The notes beneath the pieces are model-generated. The model did not search any database and was not told the origin of the DNA. It saw only the letters and a list, made by a program, of their open reading frames with translations. DNA of 20,000 nucleotides from an uncultured virus (IMG/VR IMGVR_UViG_3300042894_002899). Lineage: Duplodnaviria > Heunggongvirae > Uroviricota > Caudoviricetes. Shown here piece by piece: positions 1 to 7,449 of this stretch (within the stretch, counting starts at the first letter, position 1; each line of letters begins with the position of its first letter). The stretch is taken from the IMG/VR virus record IMGVR_UViG_3300042894_002899, positions 57,780 through 77,779 of that record; one strand, written 5' to 3'. The position numbers and the translations under genes are program-made.

Positions 1-726
1 ATGGGAGATGTGGAACAGTTCAATCTTGAAAGAGCGAAAAGACGTTTCATTAATTCATTAATACAAGGTGCGGCATTTAAAGGTGGTCACATGTTTAATT
101 TGGTTAGAAACGAAATTAACAACATTAATCCACGTTTAATGGATCTCTATACGACTTCACAAGCTCTTATGGAACACGCTTATTGGTTATATCCTGATAT
201 GGAACAAATGGCTGGTGGTGGCGGTGGTCAAATGGGACAATCTGAAGTTGATGAAGAAACAGATCCACCAACAGTAAAAGGTAAAGCTGTGACGTTCCCA
301 TTACTTGTTCATGAGTTAGTTAAAGGTGTTTACGAGGTGTTTGGAACACACGGACTACCTGACGACCCAAGACAACAGGAAATGATCTTAAAAGCTGAAG
401 ATACATTACCCTCTGAGGTTTGGGATTCTCGTTTAGGACCAATTTTTTGGGAAAAATTTGTTGCAACTTATCCTATGGAATTATTCGATGAGGATATGAA
501 GCAAATCCAACACTACCTGTTTATGAGATTTTCATCACTAAGTGCTGAAGAGTTCATGAGAGTGGCAAAAATGATATTGAGTGGTGATCCAAAAGGTAAT
601 AAGTTTATTCAAGATATGGTAAACGACATAGTTCGTGAATTAAAAGATCAAGAATATAAAGATGCGATGGGTTACGAAGACGATGATGATTTAGGTGGAG
701 TAGATTTTAGTGATTTAGGACTTTAA
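1..726 (+). CDS. Hypothetical phage protein, probably 5'-truncated by the window edge
   Basis: Open frame from base 1, acidic C-terminus, LLVHELVKGVYE segment; no family recognised. Confidence 0.75.
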   Translation: MGDVEQFNLERAKRRFINSLIQGAAFKGGHMFNLVRNEINNINPRLMDLYTTSQALMEHAYWLYPDMEQMAGGGGGQMGQSEVDEETDPPTVKGKAVTFPLLVHELVKGVYEVFGTHGLPDDPRQQEMILKAEDTLPSEVWDSRLGPIFWEKFVATYPMELFDEDMKQIQHYLFMRFSSLSAEEFMRVAKMILSGDPKGNKFIQDMVNDIVRELKDQEYKDAMGYEDDDDLGGVDFSDLGL

Positions 727-727
727 T

Positions 728-759
728 TTTGACACAGAATCATAAAACCATTATACTTG
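728..759 (+). promoter_or_regulatory. Bacteroidota-type promoter, variant -7 box
   Basis: TTTG (728-731), 20 nt spacer, TATACTTG (752-759; one mismatch to TAnnTTTG); ATG at 764. Confidence 0.5.
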
Positions 760-763
760 TTTT

Positions 764-1060
764 ATGAAGAATATTGATTGTGAAATATACATTAGTCAGG
801 TAATATCTTTTTTTGAGAACAACCCAAATGACCTAATGGACTTGATAGGAGAAGTACAAAGAAATGACTTCTATCAAAAGTTGAGAGAGAGATGTGAAAA
901 GAATGTTGATGATGGTGAGGACTATGTTCTTACAAGAACGCAAATGATAAACATAGTTCTTGAACTCAAAGCACCGGAACTAATTAAACCACAAAATATA
1001 GAATCCGTAGTTGAAGGATTTGTTATGAAAACAAAATGGGGTGAAATAATTTTAAATTGA
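764..1060 (+). CDS. Hypothetical protein (98 aa)
   Basis: ORF between a promoter-like motif and a terminator. Confidence 0.8.
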   Translation: MKNIDCEIYISQVISFFENNPNDLMDLIGEVQRNDFYQKLRERCEKNVDDGEDYVLTRTQMINIVLELKAPELIKPQNIESVVEGFVMKTKWGEIILN

Positions 1061-1080
1061 TCGTCAGAATACGATAAATT

Positions 1081-1112
1081 AAACCACAGTCAGAAAACTG
1101 TGGTTTTTTTTT
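1081..1112 (+). terminator. Rho-independent terminator
   Basis: aaaccacagt-cagaaa-actgtggttt inverted repeat followed by a T run. Confidence 0.85.
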
Positions 1113-1121
1113 CTTAGATCT

Positions 1122-1152
1122 TTTGGTATTTATGAAATATTATATATCTTTG
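1122..1152 (+). promoter_or_regulatory. Bacteroidota primary-sigma promoter (-33/-7)
   Basis: TTTG (1122-1125), 19 nt, TATCTTTG (1145-1152), directly after a terminator. Confidence 0.75.
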
Positions 1153-1175
1153 TAATGTCTAAAACGGGAAACGAA

Positions 1176-1292
1176 ATGAAAACTATTGAAATCACAATCC
1201 AAGAAATCTGGCAAGCAACTAGACCTATTGTGCAGAAAAGTAAGAAATCTTATACTCGTAAACAAAAACACAAAAACAAACAAAACCAATAA
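1176..1292 (+). CDS. Small basic protein (38 aa), ArfA-like KKSYTRKQKHK motif; not in ORF track
   Basis: MKTIEITIQEIWQATRPIVQKSKKSYTRKQKHKNKQNQ*; fills the gap between promoter and DUF932 gene; alternative in-frame ATG at 1155. Confidence 0.65.
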   Translation: MKTIEITIQEIWQATRPIVQKSKKSYTRKQKHKNKQNQ

Positions 1293-1295
1293 TAT

Positions 1296-2054
1296 ATGAT
1301 CTACACACCAGAACTTATTAAATCAATTGCACCAGCAGTATTCGCAACAGCACCATCTCCAAAGATGACAAACAAGTATGAGTTTGTCCCTACTCACGAG
1401 ATAATGGATATGTTTGACCGTCAGGGTTGGCAACTATCATCAGTAAAACAAACAGGTAAAGGTGTTCACAATGTCCACGAGTTGAAATACAGAAACGGAC
1501 AATTACCTAAAGTTGGTGACTCTGTTGTTGAAGCGGTGATCCGCAACTCTCACGATGGAACCGCAACATTCTCAATGGGAGCCGGTTTGTTCCGATTGGT
1601 ATGTTCTAACGGACTCACAGTTCCTACGTCAGTTGCTGAGAAATTCTCAATCCGTCACAACCACTTCTCATACGACGACGTAAAAGAATTGGCCGACTCA
1701 TTCTCACAGAAACTTCCAAAGATTGAGGCATCTGTAAACCGAATGATGGAGCGTCAGTTGACTGAGAAAGAAAAACTACGTTTGGTTAGCGAAGCGGTTA
1801 AGATCCGATGGGCAGTTGGGAACCAACCACAATCTTTGGATGTGAGTGATATCCTTACACCATTCCGACCTGAAGACGAAGGTGACGATCTATGGACAAC
1901 CTTCAACGTGATCCAAGAGAAGATGGTAAAGGGTGGGTTTTCATACCAAACACCACGAGGACGAACAACCAAACTACGTGGGATTAACAGCATCCAAGCT
2001 TCAAACCGATTAAACACTAAACTTTGGGAAGCCGCTGAACTATTATTGGTGTAA
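1296..2054 (+). CDS. DUF932-family phage/plasmid protein
   Basis: AP.VFA...KY.FVPT, NSHDGT...AGLFRLVCSNGL, DLWTTFNVIQE, LN.KLW motifs. Confidence 0.85.
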   Translation: MIYTPELIKSIAPAVFATAPSPKMTNKYEFVPTHEIMDMFDRQGWQLSSVKQTGKGVHNVHELKYRNGQLPKVGDSVVEAVIRNSHDGTATFSMGAGLFRLVCSNGLTVPTSVAEKFSIRHNHFSYDDVKELADSFSQKLPKIEASVNRMMERQLTEKEKLRLVSEAVKIRWAVGNQPQSLDVSDILTPFRPEDEGDDLWTTFNVIQEKMVKGGFSYQTPRGRTTKLRGINSIQASNRLNTKLWEAAELLLV

Positions 2055-2062
2055 ATTAACAC

Positions 2063-2085
2063 GGGGGTCACTGACCCCCATTTTT
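2063..2085 (+). terminator. Rho-independent terminator
   Basis: gggggtca-c-tgaccccc then attttt. Confidence 0.75.
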
Positions 2086-2090
2086 AAATT

Positions 2091-2438
2091 ATGGGAAATT
2101 TCATACACGAAGAGAAGTTTTTAAAACTTCATCAAGACACAAAATCTGAGTTATTATCGGTTAATAAACTCGAAGATAATCACGAACTAACACCTGACTT
2201 TCTTTTTACCAAACCTAAATTCACTCCATATTTATTGGACGGTAAAGAGGTTTCAGGACAAATGTCATATCTCGAATCAATTTTTGTTTATGATGATGAC
2301 ATTTACCTATATTTATCTAGAAGTGAGTCAATGTTCTCTTCTTTTTCTTGTAAGATTTATTATCCTATAAAAAAGAGAAAAGACGTAGAATTCTTTATAT
2401 TAAACTTAAAAAAATTGAAAAAAAATGGAAATCAGTAG
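2091..2438 (+). CDS. Hypothetical protein (115 aa)
   Basis: ORF overlapping the thioredoxin start. Confidence 0.7.
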   Translation: MGNFIHEEKFLKLHQDTKSELLSVNKLEDNHELTPDFLFTKPKFTPYLLDGKEVSGQMSYLESIFVYDDDIYLYLSRSESMFSSFSCKIYYPIKKRKDVEFFILNLKKLKKNGNQ

Positions 2439-2739
2439 TGTAGAATTACAAGAAAAAATTAAAAATGGTGAAAAAATTGTTGTTGAGTTTTGGGCTGAAT
2501 GGTGTGGACCATGTAAGATGATGAAACCAATATTCGAAAGAGTTGCTAAGGCTAACACAACGGAAGTTCAAATGTATACCATGAATGTTGATACGAATAA
2601 AGCCGCTGCTGCAGGACTTGGTATTAGAAGCATCCCTACTATTAAAGTGTTTAACTCTGGTGAAGTTGTAGATACTAAAGTTGGCGCCCTTAACGAGAAT
2701 CAAATAAACGAGATGATCGGAGAGTTAATTCATGGATAA
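2425..2739 (+). CDS. trxA: Thioredoxin
   Basis: FWAEWCGPCK active site, IRSIPT cis-Pro motif, 104 aa. Confidence 0.95.
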   Translation: MEISSVELQEKIKNGEKIVVEFWAEWCGPCKMMKPIFERVAKANTTEVQMYTMNVDTNKAAAAGLGIRSIPTIKVFNSGEVVDTKVGALNENQINEMIGELIHG

Positions 2740-3019
2740 GATTGCAGTTGTCTTCACCATGAAGAGTTGTCCCCACTGTCACGACTTCAAAAATATGTTA
2801 ACTGAAGCGGGGATTGATTTTATCGATAGAGATATTGATGAACACGAAGAAGAGTACGACATGTTTGTGGAAGCAACTGGTAATGATTTTGTACCAGCAT
2901 TCATGTTAGTAGAAAATCCTGAAAGTGAAAAACCGACCACAGGTCTTTACGCACCTGATCGAGACTTTGAGGATGTTGAACAAGGATTAAATATAATCAG
3001 AGAATTTTTCGAAAGATAA
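2732..3019 (+). CDS. Glutaredoxin-like protein
   Basis: VFTMKSCPHC active site, FVPAF cis-Pro motif. Confidence 0.85.
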   Translation: MDKIAVVFTMKSCPHCHDFKNMLTEAGIDFIDRDIDEHEEEYDMFVEATGNDFVPAFMLVENPESEKPTTGLYAPDRDFEDVEQGLNIIREFFER

Positions 3020-3024
3020 AAAAC

Positions 3025-3053
3025 AAAACCCCTCGATATCGAGGGGTTTTTTT
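3025..3053. terminator. Bidirectional terminator between convergent genes
   Basis: Perfect palindrome aaaacccctcgatatcgaggggtttt with A and T tails. Confidence 0.85.
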
Positions 3054-3747
3054 ATATTAAAATGATGTCTTTTAGTCTATCCTGAGCCAAGTATGGTTTT
3101 GGATCATCAGGTTTGGTAATATCCTCAATTAAGTTGTAGTTTGTCAGACACTCACTAAATTCCTTTACATTCATATCAAACACATCCAAAACGAGATCTT
3201 TGATTGTTTTATTAGGTATTCTTGAATCTGAAACAATTTTTATTTTGTGATCTTCCTCCTCATCAATCTCACTATTATAATAGAACATTAAATTATCTAC
3301 ACCAAGTAAACTATACATTTGGTTGAAGATATAATGTCCGTAGTAGTAAATTCCTCTACCACATCCTAAACTATATCCATAGGGGAATTCAGATGAGATA
3401 CTGATCTCAGTAAATGGTTCTTCTTCCTCGATTTGAAATGATTTATTAACTCTAACCCAAGCTTTAGATAAATCATCAATACTTTGTTCGTACTTGATTA
3501 TATCGATAACGTTGATGTCCTTTATACCTAATGATGTGAAAAGGTCCTCAAACTCTTTAATAAAGTCGTATTTAAGATCACTAAGATCTAACTCTTTATC
3601 ACTTGTTGTTTGACCATTAACAACCACAAAGGTTTCACAATCTGTAATTTGGATTATTGTATTTTCTTTCTTGTCGAATTTAGATAGAATGTAGTCGGCA
3701 AATAGATTTACAAAATACCGTCTTGTGTTTTTTTCTAATTTTCTCAT
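3052..3747 (-). CDS. Divergent, shortened S-adenosylmethionine-synthetase-like (MetK-fold) protein, probably non-catalytic; likely start MRKLEK at 3747
   Basis: ORF is solid. By-eye similarity to MetK N- and C-terminal domains; HPDK, GAGDQG and GGGAFSGKD motifs absent. Upstream ORF-track extension overlaps the next gene. Confidence 0.55.
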   Translation of the reverse strand: MRKLEKNTRRYFVNLFADYILSKFDKKENTIIQITDCETFVVVNGQTTSDKELDLSDLKYDFIKEFEDLFTSLGIKDINVIDIIKYEQSIDDLSKAWVRVNKSFQIEEEEPFTEISISSEFPYGYSLGCGRGIYYYGHYIFNQMYSLLGVDNLMFYYNSEIDEEEDHKIKIVSDSRIPNKTIKDLVLDVFDMNVKEFSECLTNYNLIEDITKPDDPKPYLAQDRLKDIILI

Positions 3748-3796
3748 ACTTTGATTTTTTATAATGTGTATGAGAAATAACTTAAAGTATAAATAG

Positions 3797-4921
3797 TTAG
3801 ATGTAATCGGTAAAGTTTTCGTTAATATTCTTTCTTGTTCTATACCAGTCAGGATAGTCAGGTACTCTAAAATCAATACACTCAACCTCACTTTCATTAA
3901 TCATAGCAACAAGTAAGTTGATAAAATCACCAAAATATTCTAAATGAGAGTCAGTGTATTGATCCATTTTTCTTCCATTTAAAAATTCTTTAATAATATT
4001 TGGAAAATTCCTGATTTTCAAATACTCATGATATACCGTTTTTTTGTTTCCGTCTCTTAAAGTGACTTCCCTTGACACATTATCAAATCCACCCTCAAAA
4101 AAATCGTCTAAACCATCATAAACAAGGTCATAAACTTCACCTTCATACGCTTGATTTTCAGAGTTCCAATATAAACTTCTTAACTCTTGACCTATTTCTT
4201 CTAAGTCATTATTGAATAGTTCATTTATTGCATTTCCATCTTTCACTAAATCGTTTAAGTCCTGAGGTTTTACTCTAAAATAACCATCAGTTCCTTGTTC
4301 TTCAGAAAGACTCTCAAAAAAATCAGAGTTATAATCCTCCAAAGACAATTCCTTATCCCCAACTTCTTTATATATAATATCTTTTAGTCTTGTTATGTTT
4401 GATTCGTCTAACTCCTCAACAACTTCATATGGTTTTACGTTATTATCGTAATACCAGTCGTGACCCATACCATCCTCACTTAAAATCTTTTTCGCCACAT
4501 ATCTGGCTCCACCATCACGATTTGACCCACAAAAAAGAAAAGATAAATCCTCTCTATCTTTTACATAAAAATAAAAACCATCAGGTCTAACATCAACATC
4601 AGTAATTAGATTGTTGGTTATAAAAATCATAGTATCTTCATAGTTATGTGTTAAACCATGAAGAAGGTATAGATTTTTAAATTCTTCTGGCATTGTGTCA
4701 TAATCTAAATTAGTTACAATACCATTATCAACTAAAAATTGAAAAAGTTCCTCATCAAATTCCCTAGACGGTAATTCTCCCAAACTAAGATCATCTAATA
4801 AACCATATTTTTTGATAAAGTTTAAAAAATTGATCACAGTATTAAAGAACGGTTCAATATCCTCCTCGTAATCACCACTATTAAAAGACTTAAGTAAATT
4901 TTTTGCTCTTTCTAAACTCAT
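3797..4921 (-). CDS. Acidic hypothetical protein (374 aa)
   Basis: Long ORF; ATATTTAT motif 5 nt before the ATG. Confidence 0.85.
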   Translation of the reverse strand: MSLERAKNLLKSFNSGDYEEDIEPFFNTVINFLNFIKKYGLLDDLSLGELPSREFDEELFQFLVDNGIVTNLDYDTMPEEFKNLYLLHGLTHNYEDTMIFITNNLITDVDVRPDGFYFYVKDREDLSFLFCGSNRDGGARYVAKKILSEDGMGHDWYYDNNVKPYEVVEELDESNITRLKDIIYKEVGDKELSLEDYNSDFFESLSEEQGTDGYFRVKPQDLNDLVKDGNAINELFNNDLEEIGQELRSLYWNSENQAYEGEVYDLVYDGLDDFFEGGFDNVSREVTLRDGNKKTVYHEYLKIRNFPNIIKEFLNGRKMDQYTDSHLEYFGDFINLLVAMINESEVECIDFRVPDYPDWYRTRKNINENFTDYI

Positions 4922-4926
4922 ATTGA

Positions 4927-4934
4927 ATAAATAT
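4927..4934 (-). promoter_or_regulatory. ATATTTAT putative phage late promoter
   Basis: Recurrent motif just upstream of starts, here downstream of a terminator. Confidence 0.6.
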
Positions 4935-4941
4935 CATAAAT

Positions 4942-4971
4942 AAAAAAAGGTGTCCCAAAAGAAACACCTTT
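4942..4971 (-). terminator. Rho-independent terminator on the minus strand
   Basis: aaaggtgt...acaccttt stem; A run at 4942-4948 gives the U tail on the minus strand. Confidence 0.7.
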
Positions 4972-4992
4972 ATCCGATGATACACGGAAATA

Positions 4993-5136
4993 TTACCTTC
5001 TGTAATATTTGTTCACAATTTTTTTAACTGACTCTTGTACGTTGGTTTGTGCAGTATTAGTACCTTGTTGAGTCTGTGTTTGTGTTTGTGTTTGAGGTTG
5101 TTGTGCTTGTTGTTTGTTTTTACATCCGCAGCCCAT
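4993..5136 (-). CDS. Small protein (47 aa) with MGCGCK N-terminus and QT-rich linker
   Basis: Own ATATTTAT motif (5167-5174) and terminator; the longer ORF-track start overlaps the divergent gene. Confidence 0.7.
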   Translation of the reverse strand: MGCGCKNKQQAQQPQTQTQTQTQQGTNTAQTNVQESVKKIVNKYYRR

Positions 5137-5166
5137 GACTTTATATTTTAATTGGTTTATTTGTCT

Positions 5167-5174
5167 ATAAATAT
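5167..5174 (-). promoter_or_regulatory. ATATTTAT putative phage late promoter
   Basis: Motif 30 nt upstream of the ATG at 5136. Confidence 0.55.
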
Positions 5175-5226
5175 CTGTTAAAATAAGATTAGTTGGAAAA
5201 ATCCAATAATCAATTATATTCTTAGG

Positions 5227-5234
5227 ATATTTAT
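5227..5234 (+). promoter_or_regulatory. ATATTTAT putative phage late promoter
   Basis: Motif 5 nt upstream of the ATG at 5240. Confidence 0.6.
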
Positions 5235-5239
5235 AACAT

Positions 5240-6454
5240 ATGTCAATTAAAAATCTATTAAGTAATTTACTCATAGAACAGGATGATAGTCTTGTAACTA
5301 TCACACCTGAACAATATCTTGAACAATTAGAAAATGTCGGCGGAATAGCAGAAAGAATATCTATGCTTAAACCATATAGAGGTAAAGGTATTGTGATTAA
5401 TGGTGACTTAAACCTCCGAGATGATAAAAATGTTGGACCACTTACCGGTGTCGTAAGGATAATGGGTAGATTGAATATCGCCCGCTCAAATGTACCTAAC
5501 TTGAACGGTATTACGGTCGATGGTTATGTTGATGATTACGGATCATCTATGTGGAAAACAAAAAAACAAGTTGAACTTAATAAAAAACTTGCCGAGTTAG
5601 ATCAGAAAAGGAAAGAAGACGAGTGGAATAGTAATAATGACGATGATGATGCTAAAAGAACATCTGCATTGTATAGTATTTTAGGTATACAAGGTATGAT
5701 CGGTATGACCGAAGATGAAGAAGGTAACGAAGTACGTGAAGATAAGTATTTTTTGTATCCTCAAGGTAGAGGAACCGGTGGTTATGGTAAACAATATGAA
5801 TGGTTGGGTGGTGATAACAAATTTGAAGGTATTCTTTACGATGTATATACGGAAGATGAGGCAGATATGGCATCAAAAATTGCGGTTAGAAATATGATCG
5901 ACGACATGGGTTACGACGCTTTCTCAAGTTGGGTTTGGGATAATGCAATCGATAAAGATCATTGGAGAAGATGGTTAGATGAATTCCACACTGATGTGTA
6001 CTATCAGGACCCAGAAGGACATGAAATTCCTTTAACTTTATCTACAACACAGAAAGCACAAGTAGACAAATTTCAAAAATCAATTAACGACCTTAAAACT
6101 AAATTAACTACTGAAAACTTACCCGAAGACCAAAAAAATATAATCCTCAAAAAAATCGAAGGATTTGAAAATATAATTGAAGATATTGAAGAAGATCCTC
6201 AAGGTGAATACGATGAAGATTATATCCAATCCATGGTTGATGAAAGAGTTGATGAATATGAGGATAATATTGAAACATTTATTAATGAATATGGTTTCGA
6301 TAAAGATTTTATTATGGATTTTGTTGATGTAGATAAAGTTACTCAAGAAGTGGTGGATGCGGATGGTTATGGTAATTTATTAAACTCATATGATGGTGAT
6401 GCCGATCTTGCTCAAGTAGATGGAGAAGACTATTATGTGATGAGAGTAAGTTAG
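5240..6454 (+). CDS. Acidic hypothetical protein (404 aa) with short LRR/L-domain-like repeats and a coiled coil
   Basis: INGDLNL / IMGRLNI / VDGYVD repeats; N-terminal LLIEQ leader. Confidence 0.85.
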   Translation: MSIKNLLSNLLIEQDDSLVTITPEQYLEQLENVGGIAERISMLKPYRGKGIVINGDLNLRDDKNVGPLTGVVRIMGRLNIARSNVPNLNGITVDGYVDDYGSSMWKTKKQVELNKKLAELDQKRKEDEWNSNNDDDDAKRTSALYSILGIQGMIGMTEDEEGNEVREDKYFLYPQGRGTGGYGKQYEWLGGDNKFEGILYDVYTEDEADMASKIAVRNMIDDMGYDAFSSWVWDNAIDKDHWRRWLDEFHTDVYYQDPEGHEIPLTLSTTQKAQVDKFQKSINDLKTKLTTENLPEDQKNIILKKIEGFENIIEDIEEDPQGEYDEDYIQSMVDERVDEYEDNIETFINEYGFDKDFIMDFVDVDKVTQEVVDADGYGNLLNSYDGDADLAQVDGEDYYVMRVS

Positions 6455-6497
6455 GTCTTTATTTGTTAACATCTTTGACTTACTTTTTTATTATATA

Positions 6498-7265
6498 ATG
6501 ACAAAGAAAAAGAAAATAGAATTTTTAATGAACACCGATTGGATGTTTGAAAAACCAATCGATCGAGAGTATAAAGAATACAAACTCCTTTCATATTTTC
6601 AAAAAATGGGAGAAAAACTGGATAAGTTAGAATTATATCCAGGGTTCATTGAATTATCATTACACCTCATGAATGTCCAAGCCTTGATGAGAGATGGTAA
6701 AATTGTTTACACCGAAAAGAAATTAAATAATATCGACGACGAGATCATGGTTAAAGATTTGAAAGTCAAATCAATACCTGAAATGACTCGAGATGAAATG
6801 ACTGAGTTCAGAGACATATTATCATTCTCAGCACCAAGAATAATGGAATACTTCAACGTCGCAAAATCAGTTTGGACTATTGTATTTGATTCTTTGGATA
6901 TGAAAATTAAAAGAAATAAAAAGAATATTTTACACCCAAAGGGTTATTTCTTTTATACCGAATCCACAACTAAAAAAACATACGTTTGGGAATATCTTAT
7001 TAAAAAAGAAACAAGAACAAACCCACAAAGAATGACAAATATTAATTTAATTTATTCTGATGAGTTGGAAGAGTTGACCATACCAAAAATTATTACTAAT
7101 TTTTCTACGTATGATAGTAAAGATAAGCGAATGGGACCTGTGTTTCAAATGTCATCAAACGGAATTTTTCCAATAGACGAAACACTTTTACCTTTATTCA
7201 AACGACGAATCGCTGGTCTTATCTCTCAAACAAAAATCCAAGAAGAAAACCAAGAAACAGAATAA
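6498..7265 (+). CDS. Conserved hypothetical protein
   Basis: WMFEKPIDREYKEYKLLSYFQ...LYP N-terminus recalls an uncharacterised Bacteroidota family (from memory). Confidence 0.8.
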   Translation: MTKKKKIEFLMNTDWMFEKPIDREYKEYKLLSYFQKMGEKLDKLELYPGFIELSLHLMNVQALMRDGKIVYTEKKLNNIDDEIMVKDLKVKSIPEMTRDEMTEFRDILSFSAPRIMEYFNVAKSVWTIVFDSLDMKIKRNKKNILHPKGYFFYTESTTKKTYVWEYLIKKETRTNPQRMTNINLIYSDELEELTIPKIITNFSTYDSKDKRMGPVFQMSSNGIFPIDETLLPLFKRRIAGLISQTKIQEENQETE

Positions 7266-7266
7266 A

Positions 7267-7449
7267 ATGAGTTTTAATAAAAGATTCCTTAAGAAAGAAA
7301 ACATTTTACTTAATCTTAATAATCTTTTCTCCTATTTAGACGCCGATGCGATTATTTGCACCGACGATTTTTCACGCAAAGTTTATAGGATGTATATTGA
7401 AGGTTTCACCAAAGAAGAAATAATAACCATAATAAATAAAATGAAATGA
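7267..7449 (+). CDS. Hypothetical protein (60 aa)
   Basis: Tightly packed ORF with ATGA overlap to the next gene. Confidence 0.65.
   Translation: MSFNKRFLKKENILLNLNNLFSYLDADAIICTDDFSRKVYRMYIEGFTKEEIITIINKMK

Noticed and set aside
3748..3897. N-terminal extension of the 3052-3897 ORF
   Set aside because: Overlaps the neighbouring gene and spans the promoter motif; ATG at 3747 is more plausible
5137..5304. N-terminal extension of the 4993-5304 ORF
   Set aside because: Overlaps the divergent gene and both promoter motifs; MGCGCK at 5136 is preferred
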